Shown one piece after another: positions 20,909-31,494 of a stretch of 40,087 bases of DNA. Positions within the stretch are counted from its first letter, which is position 1; the number at the start of each line of letters is the position of its first letter. The stretch is from Proteromonas lacertae. Its lineage: Eukaryota. The stretch lies in NCBI GenBank assembly GCA_002245135.1, contig NGBS01001162.1, positions 310,001 to 350,087 on the forward strand. The letters run 5' to 3'. The notes under the pieces are model-generated. The model saw nothing but the letters and a program-made list of their open reading frames with translations. It was not told the origin of the DNA and ran no database searches. A program made the translations under genes and the position numbers.

Positions 20909-21661
20909 TTGTTATTTGAAATTATATTTATCTATAATTTATATTATAATAGTTTAAATACATGTAGCATATCTTTAATAATTCCAGCTACATATTCAAC
21001 TTATCAAGCATGTAAAATTAGAATAATGAGAATGATTCTTAAATCTTCTATGTTACCTTATGAAGTTATTATTGTTATTAGTGAAAATAATTATTCATAT
21101 TTTAGAAAATCCAAAATAAAAGGGAAATTATTATTATTATACTATATGGCTGGAAAACATAATCAAGCAGAAAATAGAAATGCAGGTATAAAATTAGCAA
21201 AATGTCAATATATATCTTTATTTGATTCAGATGATTATATGTCCAAATACAGAATAGAAATAATTTATAATATATTTAAAAGAAATAGAAACATAGATTT
21301 GTTATTGCATTCATATACAAACAATATGAAGTTAATATATGATAAAAAGAGCATAAATTATAACATAGATCAAATGTTATATAATTATACTCCTACTGAT
21401 ATATATAATTCATATTATAGAAATATAAAATCACCTATTCATGCTAAATATTGTTGCAATTTCTTAAACAAAAGGTTGAATATCCAAAATGCATGGCTGT
21501 CAGGAAAAACAAATCTGCTGAAGAGTTATTATTACAATGAGTCTTGGGAGTATTATAGATTAGAAGATACAGAATTGAACTACAGATTAATTATGAATAG
21601 ATATAATTTAGCTTTGATAAAATATAATTTAGGTGTATATATTTCAAAATATAAATGTTGA
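20909..21661 (+). CDS. Glycosyltransferase family 2; start codon unresolved
   Basis: Motifs SISLIIPA, PYEVIIV, NRNAGIKLAKCQYISLFDSDD and ED. No in-frame ATG precedes the domain. Confidence 0.8.
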   Translation: MLFEIIFIYNLYYNSLNTCSISLIIPATYSTYQACKIRIMRMILKSSMLPYEVIIVISENNYSYFRKSKIKGKLLLLYYMAGKHNQAENRNAGIKLAKCQYISLFDSDDYMSKYRIEIIYNIFKRNRNIDLLLHSYTNNMKLIYDKKSINYNIDQMLYNYTPTDIYNSYYRNIKSPIHAKYCCNFLNKRLNIQNAWLSGKTNLLKSYYYNESWEYYRLEDTELNYRLIMNRYNLALIKYNLGVYISKYKC

Positions 21662-21722
21662 ATGATTATTATAAGCGAAAATAATAAGTAACAAAATATA
21701 AATAATGGTAAATAGTTAGTAT

Positions 21723-22709
21723 ATGATAGTATATTTATATATATATTTACTGATACTATTTATCTATGTTAATATTTATATAGAGTATAAACTAAAAAGG
21801 AAATGTAATTTGACTATGGTATTTCCTTTCAATAGCAAAGATGGTCCAGGTAATTTAGCATACTATATTAATGAATCTATAATCGATTGGAATAATTCTG
21901 AATATGGTAAATATTGTAATATATCATTTGTGAAACATATATCATTTTTGAATGTAAAATATTTTAGCAGAATGAATACATATGTATGGTTTCAATCACT
22001 TTTGTATCCTATAAATAGCGATTTTAATTATAATAAAATAATTTATGGCCCTAATGTATCACCTATAAAATATTTATATTTTCCTTTAAATAATACACAT
22101 GAAATGATGTGGATACATATAATTAATAAAATAAAATACTATATAGTTCATCATTATAGAGTAGCTTATCATCTCATGAATAGAACCAACTCTTTTTTTC
22201 AATATAAAAAGTATTTAACATTTCCATGTTGCATAAAATATTCATATGAAAAAAATATAATAAAAAAATGGGATGAAAGAAGATATGACTTTGTAATATA
22301 TGAAAAATATGTTGATCGTAACCATAAAAACGATGGCAAAATTCTTATTCATTCACTAAAAGAATTATTCAAAGTAAGTGTTTTTAAGTATGGATCATAT
22401 CAAAGAAATGATCTATTAAAATATAGTAGAGATTCAAAAATTGTAATATACTATTCATTTTATGATACTGGAGCTCTAGCATTAATCGAAATGCAAAGGA
22501 TGGGTGTATATACTGTAGCTTTGCAAAGTGAGTTTGTAACAAAAGTTAATGGAGTATTTTTGCCAGAATTGGAAAGTAATATTACATTAGCTGTTAAAAA
22601 ATTAAAAGAAATAATTAAATTAAAGCATGATTCACATTATTTATCAGAATATAACAGGAAGAGATATGATTGCAAAAAATATTTATATAATATTATTAAA
22701 AAATTATAG
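21723..22709 (+). CDS. Putative GT-B (GT4-like) glycosyltransferase, type II membrane
   Basis: TM anchor, GPGNL, YGPN and C-terminal SFYDTGALALIEMQRMGV, resembling the GT-B nucleotide-sugar-binding helix. Confidence 0.5.
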   Translation: MIVYLYIYLLILFIYVNIYIEYKLKRKCNLTMVFPFNSKDGPGNLAYYINESIIDWNNSEYGKYCNISFVKHISFLNVKYFSRMNTYVWFQSLLYPINSDFNYNKIIYGPNVSPIKYLYFPLNNTHEMMWIHIINKIKYYIVHHYRVAYHLMNRTNSFFQYKKYLTFPCCIKYSYEKNIIKKWDERRYDFVIYEKYVDRNHKNDGKILIHSLKELFKVSVFKYGSYQRNDLLKYSRDSKIVIYYSFYDTGALALIEMQRMGVYTVALQSEFVTKVNGVFLPELESNITLAVKKLKEIIKLKHDSHYLSEYNRKRYDCKKYLYNIIKKL

Positions 22710-22722
22710 TTAACTTTAAGTA

Positions 22723-23759
22723 ATGTTTTTTATTTCTGTTATATTTTGTAGCATGATAATATCATTCCATATACTTTTTGTAACTTTATATTTTTATATT
22801 TTGGTTATATTATTTAATGATTATTATTCTTTAATGTATATATATATTCAACCCAATATTGGATATTATCCAAATAATGGAACTGGCTTATTTACCAAAC
22901 TTATAGGTTTAGGTTCTGTTATTGGATTATGTATAATCAGAAAAAGAGGACTAATATGTAATTTTTATAGCATATATATATAGTATATAGATGGAATTCG
23001 TTTCATGATTACTTTCATATAAATTACAAACACAAATATATCGGTCAAATGTATAATACATCAAATAAAATGATTGTCAAATTAAACAGTTCTATGACCA
23101 AAGAAAGTTTACTTAATAATTTAATTATCTATTCATATTCATATAATCTAATTATTGTTGATCCTGGTAATATAATTTTGTATTTAAATGAAAAATATAA
23201 TACTATTCTGAAAAATAGAATAAGGTGCGAATATCATTCTAATGATTATTTTTTTCATTACTTTTTTCGTAAAGTATTAACATTTTCATCACACATACTT
23301 CATAGATTTACCAATTACAAAGTATTTCATTTTATTAACCAAAATAATTTGACTACAGTAGGAGTTCATATAAGATTAGGAAAATTTGGTGATTTTCATG
23401 AAAAAAAAGCAACATATTTTGCTAATTCTAAATCAGTATCACAATTTAATTATACAATTATTGAATTAATAAAGAATTATAATGTTCAGTATGTAATTTT
23501 ATCATCTGATTCATCTTATATAACCAAGAATAAAAATAACAAATTAATTATTATAAGGAATATATTAAAATCTAAGAATATAAAACACTCAAACAATTGG
23601 TATTTTAAACCAATTAATAATGATTCAGTAGAATGCCTATTAGAAATTTATATGTTAAAAATGGCAAAATACTTGGTACTAACTAAGAACAGTGCATTTA
23701 GTAAAGTAGCATATTATATGAACAATAATTGTAATGCAAATAAATGTATTTTTATTTAG
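22723..23759 (+). CDS. Fucosyltransferase-like (GT11/GT23 fold)
   Basis: Intron 22958-22983 joins ORFs 22723 and 23049 in frame. Motifs TGLFTKL, VGVHIRLG, ILSSDS and LVLTKNSAFSKVA. Confidence 0.75.
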
Positions 23760-24826
23760 TAATAGTTACAATGTTGAAAGTTTTTCCCTACAAATAAGAT
23801 ATTTTTATATTCACATCTACTAAAATAAGAAGCAAATAATGAGAAAGTGCTTCCTCTAGTTAGTATAAGGAAATTAGCATTTTTCATAATCATTATATCA
23901 ATCATTGATTGATTTATGCATACTATATTTCTACTATGACAAGGAAGATTGTTATCAGTGTAAATATGATTTCCTAACTTTTTCTTCATTTCAATTTTAT
24001 TAACTAATGAATCTGACAATAATACATTTTTTGTATAATTTGATTTTTTTAATAACATCACTAAATAATCAATATCTGCTTTATTTAAATATTTTTGAAA
24101 TGGTTGATTATCAACATCACCAATTCTCAAATGAATAGCATTGTATTTATCATTCATTGAAAAAAGGTAAATCTTAGTAAAATAGTTTCTTATTATGTTT
24201 GTGAATGAAGAAGATATTTTAAAATAATAATTACAAATTATTTTATTTATCATTCTAATATTAACACTTATGCTTCTGTCTACTTTATTAAGTAAACCTT
24301 TATTTTTTATTAAATTGTTATATCTATTACTTTTTAATATATGCTCTGTAGAATACCAATGTTTATTAGCTCCAATAAGATTTAATTTAGATTCTAATGC
24401 TAAAATTCCATCAGAAAAATAAGCCATATTATCAAATGTGATGTTATAATATTTAATAGGGAAATTGAAATAATACCATAACATTTTCCATGATACTAAA
24501 ATATAAAAAGATTGATATAATAGATAATACTAAATAGCGATCTGTTTGATATTAATGATACAAATATTGAGCTTACAGCTTGTAGTAACGAATTTCCTAA
24601 ACCCTAAAGTTGAAGAGATTATAATAAATATTACTCCTAATTTAATATTATCAAAAAATGCAAATCCAACTTTGGATTGATAATATGCTTGTGTTATTAA
24701 TGCTTGATTTTTGATATGATATAATAAAATATTACGAGTATTACTTAATTCATATCTATATAAATTGTATACACATATTATGTATAAAAATAATATAAAT
24801 AAAAACCAAATCACCTTAGTTTTCAT
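23756..24826 (-). CDS. Fucosyltransferase-like (GT11/GT23 fold)
   Basis: Introns 24604-24634 and 24496-24530 give GGLGNSLLQAVSS...ISWKMLW. Motifs AIHLRIGD, LLSDS and LILTRGSTFSLFA. Confidence 0.8.
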
Positions 24827-24895
24827 TAATTATTATTGTAGACTGTACATAAATTTATGTTGTTAAGATGAATAACAATTTTATGATATAAAAAA

Positions 24896-25861
24896 ATGAT
24901 CATAAAAAGATTAAGTATATATATTCTTACTATATATATTTTATATACAATGATTCTTTATTGTTATTTTAATGATATTACTTTCATTCCTATAAAAATA
25001 AAAGAAAACAATTTATCACATTTATTTTTGGAATCAATAAAGAATTATAATCAGATTATTCATCATATAAACAAGTTATATATGAAGGTAAAAAATTTAG
25101 AAGGTAAAAGAAAAGCAGTAATTGTTCTATTGAATTATAAAGAAATAAAGCCATTTATAAATAGAAATTATTTATTTTTAAAACAGAACTACCATGATAA
25201 GTTACTATTTTATGTTACAGAAAATAAATCTCTTGTAGAACAATTCAAAAATATTCAATATAATGTAATTGATGTTTCAGATATATTTTTTTCTTTTCCA
25301 TTTAAATTTAATAAATCATATTACATTTCTACTTATAGAAAAAGAGGGAAATGGAATTATCAACATATGTGCAGATTCTTCTTTAGAGATATTTTTTTAC
25401 ACCCGTCACTTTTTGATGTTGATTTATGTATGAGACTTGATTCTGAATCATTATTAAATACATCTGTTAACTTATTCGACTATATGATAGAAAAAAGAGT
25501 ATATATGCACAACAGAATATTTAATGATGCTGATTTTGTTGTAAAAGAACTAAAAAACTACACTATATCTTTAGTGAAAGGATTAAATATAAAAGTAAAA
25601 GATAAATCAAGATATGATTTAACTTTTAAAAATACTGTTTTATCATATTATAATAATTTTGAAATTTGTAGAATGAATTTTTTTAGAAGTAAAGAAATTT
25701 TTCAATTTACAAATTTGGTTGATTTAAGTTATGGACAATTTCTTTATAGATGGGGAGATGCTCCTCTTAGATACATTAGTTTATCGTTGTTTGCAGAGCA
25801 TAATTCAAAAATATCTCTACCTAGAAACATACAATATTGTCATAAAGATTGTCCAAAGTAA
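24896..25861 (+). CDS. GT15 alpha-1,2-mannosyltransferase-like (KRE2/MNT1 family)
   Basis: Motifs YQHMCRFF, MRLDS, YNNFEI and YRWGDAP, with a TM anchor. Confidence 0.9.
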   Translation: MIIKRLSIYILTIYILYTMILYCYFNDITFIPIKIKENNLSHLFLESIKNYNQIIHHINKLYMKVKNLEGKRKAVIVLLNYKEIKPFINRNYLFLKQNYHDKLLFYVTENKSLVEQFKNIQYNVIDVSDIFFSFPFKFNKSYYISTYRKRGKWNYQHMCRFFFRDIFLHPSLFDVDLCMRLDSESLLNTSVNLFDYMIEKRVYMHNRIFNDADFVVKELKNYTISLVKGLNIKVKDKSRYDLTFKNTVLSYYNNFEICRMNFFRSKEIFQFTNLVDLSYGQFLYRWGDAPLRYISLSLFAEHNSKISLPRNIQYCHKDCPK

Positions 25862-26279
25862 TTAATTTATAGAGAGTGTTTTGCTCAGTGATTATTTCTC
25901 CTTATCATTACCACAATATTTTAGTTAATAAGAAGTAATATATAGAAACACAAGCTGCATAATAAATTATATAATAAAGGTCGATTTAAGTCATTGATCG
26001 ATGAAGATATAAATATAACCTATTGGTTTTTGACCGTTCTATACAACCTTACTAATATTCATAGATTAATAATATATATAGATAGATAATTCTATGAATT
26101 ATATAAAATTGAGAAGAAAAACATTGTAATATACTATTCTATCATTCCTTAAAATAGTCATTATAATTTGATTCATTTAAATGATGTTCTATATTATCAA
26201 TATATCCTAATTTTGTATAATTAATTTTAAACTTCTTTATAGTTATGCAATTATAGAAATAATCTCCTTTCTTTTGTTC

Positions 26280-27061
26280 CTATAGAATAAATATTTTTAA
26301 TACAATTGTCATTTTATGTTTCTCTAATTCTGTTATACTTAGATGTATAGCTTTTATTAAGAAAGTAGCATCTATAGCATTATCATTCTTTTTCTTTAAT
26401 ACTAATGCTAGTATTATATTATCATATCTTACTCTACCAACAACTATATTATTTAGTATTATCTTATCTTTATATGAAAATGTATATTGAGTAAATATAA
26501 AATAATCTATACCACATCCTGGATGAAGCCTTGATCTTTTCCAAATTGAATCATGATTAATAGTGCTGAATATATTTCTCCAATAAATATCTCCTCTTTT
26601 ACCTACTATTAGTAATTGTTTATTGTAAATTCTTTTATCTGATGCAATTATATTAATTAATTTATATATATTTTGATGAAAAAGAATATCTGAATTAAAA
26701 TATACAATTACTTTACAATTAGTAATAGTTATTGTTTCAACAATCATAGGATAAAAGTAAGGAGTACCAAAGCTGTTATTTCTATATATACTAAATTATT
26801 AAAATATAGATACTTTGAGTATTTAAAATATTTGCATTTCCTACATGAAATATTATACACTGCTATATTGCTTTGATAGTATATTGCTACAACACCATTT
26901 CTTTTGATATTATTATTTAAATTATAAATGACAATATTAAATATATCATGATTAAAATACTTTAACGGAGGTAATGTTGTTATGAATGAATAGTCTAATT
27001 TTTGGAATTGTTTATTACATAAAAAAATTGTTCTAATTATATTACTTATAAAAATAATCAA
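26280..27061 (-). CDS. Uncharacterised GT-A-like protein, possibly a pseudogene
   Basis: An intron from donor 26813 to acceptor 26791 or 26782 joins the two ORFs. Motifs NSFGTP, YFNSDIL, GIDYFIF and VGRVRYDN. No in-frame ATG, and the 3' end may be frameshifted. Confidence 0.55.
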
Positions 27062-27130
27062 AAATATAGATAAATTATTTATTATTTTATTGTTACAAAT
27101 GGAAATGTGGATTGAACTAACAATCGATAA

Positions 27131-27880
27131 ATGTGTCTTAATATGAATAAAAATCTATCTGAATATATTGCACTTATATTCTTAATGTTCGATTGTATTA
27201 TTTATCTTTATAATAGATCTTACAAAAATTGCTTCAATATTGCTCATGGATGTGGATTGCTTAATAATATTACATATACAAATGCTTTAGAAGCTTTTTA
27301 TCATTCTTATGCTAAAGGTTATAGACATATAGAAATTGATTTACAAACTACAAAGGATGGTCATATTGTAGGAGCTCATGACTGGATGAGATTTAGATAT
27401 TTAACTAACTCTAGTTATAATGAAAGCATGAATTATGAATTTATAAAAAGAGGAAAAATTTTAAATAAATATCACATAATATATGATAGTATGATATTTG
27501 AGCTATTAAATAGATTTAAAGATATTACTATATTTACTGATAAAATTACAAATTATTTAATATTAAAGAAATACACTAAAATAATTAATAGATTGTATGT
27601 AGAAGTATTTACATATCACCAATACAACTATTCAAAGACTCTTGGATTTACTAATGTTATGCTAAATATAAATTCAGGAATAGATTTAATTCGCTTTTAC
27701 AAATTAAAATATAATTCAATAACAGCTATAACTATAGGACCATCTTTATTTTATTCACATAAAGACTTATTGCAGAAATTATTCAGAAAAAATATAAGAA
27801 TATTTGTCTTCTTAGTAAACAATGTTTCAGCTATTAAATCTTCGTTTTGCAAATATGTTAATGGATTTTACATTGATTAA
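27131..27880 (+). CDS. Glycerophosphodiester phosphodiesterase (GDPD) family protein, bacterial type with N-terminal anchor
   Basis: IAHGCG...YTNALEAF...IEIDLQTTKDGHIVGAHDW and C-terminal GFYID. Confidence 0.88.
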   Translation: MCLNMNKNLSEYIALIFLMFDCIIYLYNRSYKNCFNIAHGCGLLNNITYTNALEAFYHSYAKGYRHIEIDLQTTKDGHIVGAHDWMRFRYLTNSSYNESMNYEFIKRGKILNKYHIIYDSMIFELLNRFKDITIFTDKITNYLILKKYTKIINRLYVEVFTYHQYNYSKTLGFTNVMLNINSGIDLIRFYKLKYNSITAITIGPSLFYSHKDLLQKLFRKNIRIFVFLVNNVSAIKSSFCKYVNGFYID

Positions 27881-28015
27881 TATTCTTAACAACATAATCT
27901 TAATAATAACCACTACTTTCAGAATAATTATTATGAAAATGAATTAAAATAAGTTTGAAAAAATACAAAGAAATGAAGATAATACTTATATATCCTATTA
28001 CATGTGAATGAGATT

Positions 28016-28023
28016 AACAAACA
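28016..28023 (-). promoter_or_regulatory. TGTTTGTT motif downstream of the DUF229 stop (Blastocystis-type polyadenylation element)
   Basis: Exact TGTTTGTT about 40 nt after the stop. Variants TGTTTGTA at 1623-1630 after MFAP1 and TGTTTGTG at the end of tetraspanin 3. Confidence 0.45.
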
Positions 28024-28064
28024 AAACTCATTTTTGATTTAACTGATAATTATTATATTTTATC

Positions 28065-29677
28065 TTATTGATGTATTTTTATGCTTGTTGGAAATTCCAT
28101 ACATTGTTTTGATATTAGTTCTGCATCATAGTTATCATTATCAAGTTCTTTTTTTCCAACTCTGCATGAACAACCAAATTTTACTCCTTGATTTGCACAA
28201 TTTCTTTTGCTAGATATTCTCTCAAACAAACTAGTACCTTCATATATCTTATTAGTTTTTTTTCTCTATAGATTAATTAATGTATATACATTCCCTAAAT
28301 GAGCTAAGTCTATCAATGTTTTATGAATATCAAATGCTGTAATGAATTTATTTTGATTAGCAAGCAAATTTCTTTTAATTATTTTATTTGTTTCTGTAAA
28401 TGACTTGGGCAATATCTAAAATATTAATTTTAATGCTAATAGAATACTAAGAATAGAAGAGGAAGTGAGTGATCAAGCTTGCCAAACTAAATGATTTAGA
28501 ATTACATAATATATACTTCGGTATTATAATAATCGCCATATTGAATTCCATGATCTGCTGTTATAACAATTACGCTTTTCTTCATTATTCCGTTATCATT
28601 TAAATATTTTATGTACTTGTAGAAATCATTATCAAGCCTTGGAACAGATTTTAAATTTTTATCATGTGAATCCATAAATAACAATTTTGAAAATACAGGT
28701 TGTTTTTTTGAATGATAATATTTTAAAGCCTGTTTAAGATAATTAAAATAATGCTTATGAATCTGTTTTTCTCCCAAACAACGTGTTTTACTAGAAAATA
28801 TATATTTAATGTAAGTAGAATCACAAGCAGGTGGATTTAAATTATGATCTGAACCAGTATAATTATTATTTAAATAGAATTTTTCTGTTACATCACATAC
28901 TAAATGAGCATTTATTGTTATATATTTTTCTTCTTCAAAATCTTGAAATAATATTCTGTGTATGGAATCATTTCTTTCTGATGTATTATATCTATATCCA
29001 TAGAATAAAGCAGCAAAATGTGAAAAGGAATTATAATCAATTGAATGATATTTTAGCATATCAAACATGCTATACAAATGTTTTATGCTTTTTAAATATT
29101 TTATAGTTTTTAATAATTGATGCTTTAATACAAATCTTGATCCTCCGTCAAACATTATAAAATGAACTGATAACTTAGTTCCATATCTTTTTAATTTTAT
29201 TTGACGTGGTATAAAGTGAAAGAACCATTGTGATTTGCTATTTCTGCTGTTATTATTAAGTTCTGATATTTCTATTATTTCTGATTCTATATTGGCTTTT
29301 TCACCCATCTAATAGGTTTAAATATAGTGTAATACTTTTAAATTCTTTAAATACATGTAATATTTTTTGTTTTTTACTTGGTGCTGTTTTACAATTATAT
29401 TTGAATATGCTAATATTGTGTTGTTTATTATTGAAATAGAATAAGTAACATTAGGACATAATACATTTTTTTGACTAGAAGTAATATGAAATCTATTCAT
29501 TGCTTTGCATGGTAACTGACATGAATCATTAGTTGTATCATATTCAACATCATTTAAAAAGCTGCTGCATAAACTTGTACTATTATATCTTCTCTTAGTT
29601 ATAGTTTTATACTTTCTGTTAATCAATATTAAAAAAACAAATAAAATTAACACTAAGAATAGATACATATAATTCAT
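28065..29677 (-). CDS. DUF229 / alkaline-phosphatase-superfamily membrane protein
   Basis: ATG at 29677, intron 29309-29335 and three further small introns at about 28270-28515. Motifs MFDGGSR, ITADHG, ITAFDIHKTL, GTSLF and RNC...CSC. TAA at 28065. Confidence 0.8.
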
Positions 29678-29745
29678 GTTAAAATTACTAATATGGAAGA
29701 AAAAAGAAAATAAAAGAATGGTATATGTAATATTCACATAATTTA

Positions 29746-30256
29746 TGTTGTTGTGCTCCGTTTGTCATAGTTGACCGTTTGTCTACCACACACTTTTAAA
29801 ACAAACTAAAAGTATATTCTTACTTGTCTTGATGAAAAATTGTTACTTTTATACTTACTTTGTCATATAACCTATGTCTGCAATATACTTTTTTGATAAC
29901 TTTAGTAGTGTATATATGAAACACATTATTCTAATTTTTAATTTTAATGTTTCATTCGCTACTAGAGACTAAAATACATTAACTGAAATGATTAGAATAC
30001 TTAAATTTTAATTTGAAGACCCTAAATGTCTTTTAGTCTTTAGTAGTGATTGAAACATTAAAATAAAAAATTAGAATAATGTGTTTCATATATACACTAC
30101 TAAAGTTATCAAAAAAGTATATTGCAGACATAGGTTATATGACAAAGTAAGTATAAAAGTAACAATTTTTCATCAAGACAAGTAAGAATATACTTTTAGT
30201 TTGTCTTAAAAGTGTCTGGTAGACAAAAGGCCAACTCTGACAAACGGCGCACAACA
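29746..30256. mobile_element. Palindromic element C (511 bp, B-like, core deleted), flanked by TA
   Basis: TA|TGTTGTTGTGCTCCGTTTGTC...GACAAACGGCGCACAACA|TA with ~230-bp inverted arms. The outer ~140 bp are nearly identical to element B. Confidence 0.9.
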
Positions 30257-30565
30257 TATATTATTATATAATTGATGTGTTATTAGTTTCAAATTATAAT
30301 AATAATTAATGAGTTTGAATTAGAAAATGAAATAATTAAAGAGTATTTATGTGTAATTATTAAAGCCACTATTCTTCTATAATATTTTCATTCATAAATG
30401 ACATATGTTTTACATTTGAAATATTACACTATTTACTATATAGAAAAATAATCTAATCACTAGAATGATATAAAATTTGTATTATATTATATAGCATTTA
30501 GTATTAAACGGATAGTTATTTAGTATTGAATATTATATAAATTCTTTTATATTTTAATAATTTAG

Positions 30566-31076
30566 TATATATAGAAATAACAGCTTTGGTACTCCTTACT
30601 TTTATCCTATGATTGTTGAAACAATAACTATTACTAATTGTAAAGTAATTGTATATTTTAATTCAGATATTCTTTTTCATCAAAATATATATAAATTAAT
30701 TAATATAATTGCATCAGATAAAAGAATTTACAATAAACAATTACTAATAGTAGGTAAAAGAGGAGATATTTATTGGAGAAATATATTCAGCACTATTAAT
30801 CATGATTCAATTTGGAAAAGATCAAGGCTTCATCCAGGATGTGGTATAGATTATTTTATATTTACTCAATATACATTTTCATATAAAGATAAGATAATAC
30901 TAAATAATATAGTTGTTGGTAGAGTAAGATATGATAATATAATACTAGCATTAGTATTAAAGAAAAAGAATGATAATGCTATAGATGCTACTTTCTTAAT
31001 AAAAGCTATACATCTAAGTATAACAGAATTAGAGAAACATAAAATGACAATTGTATTAAAAATATTTATTCTATAG
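30566..31076 (+). pseudogene. 5'-truncated duplicate of the GT-A-like gene (second exon only)
   Basis: Identical 155-aa ORF. The duplication breakpoint lies inside the gene's intron. Confidence 0.7.
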
Positions 31077-31494
31077 GAACAAAAGAAAGGAGATTATTTC
31101 TATAATTGCATAACTATAAAGAAGTTTAAAATTAATTATACAAAATTAGGATATATTGATAATATAGAACATCATTTAAATGAATCAAATTATAATGACT
31201 ATTTTAAGGAATGATAGAATAGTATATTACAATGTTTTTCTTCTCAATTTTATATAATTCATAGAATTATCTATCTATATATATTATTAATCTATGAATA
31301 TTAGTAAGGTTGTATAGAACGGTCAAAAACCAATAGGTTATATTTATATCTTCATCGATCAATGACTTAAATCGACCTTTATTATATAATTTATTATGCA
31401 GCTTGTGTTTCTATATATTACTTCTTATTAACTAAAATATTGTGGTAATGATAAGGAGAAATAATCACTGAGCAAAACACTCTCTATAAATTAA

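Larger units (their letters stand above)
17263..26808 (+). repeat. Left arm of a >=9.5-kb inverted duplication
   Basis: Reverse complement of 30548-40087. Paired coordinates sum to 57356 in the proximal part. Identity ends at 26808/30548. Confidence 0.97.

Noticed and set aside
25865..26270. Additional gene between GT15 and the GT-A-like gene
   Set aside because: Only short interrupted frames with no identifiable motif.
17663..29677. Bacterial contamination, or a giant-virus/prophage insertion
   Set aside because: Island genes carry the same tiny spliceosomal introns and N-terminal anchors as flanking genes, and no viral hallmark genes are visible.
30257..30565. New chimeric 5' exon fused to the duplicated GT-A exon
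   Set aside because: The upstream ATGs I checked hit stops quickly, and I found no convincing in-frame donor.
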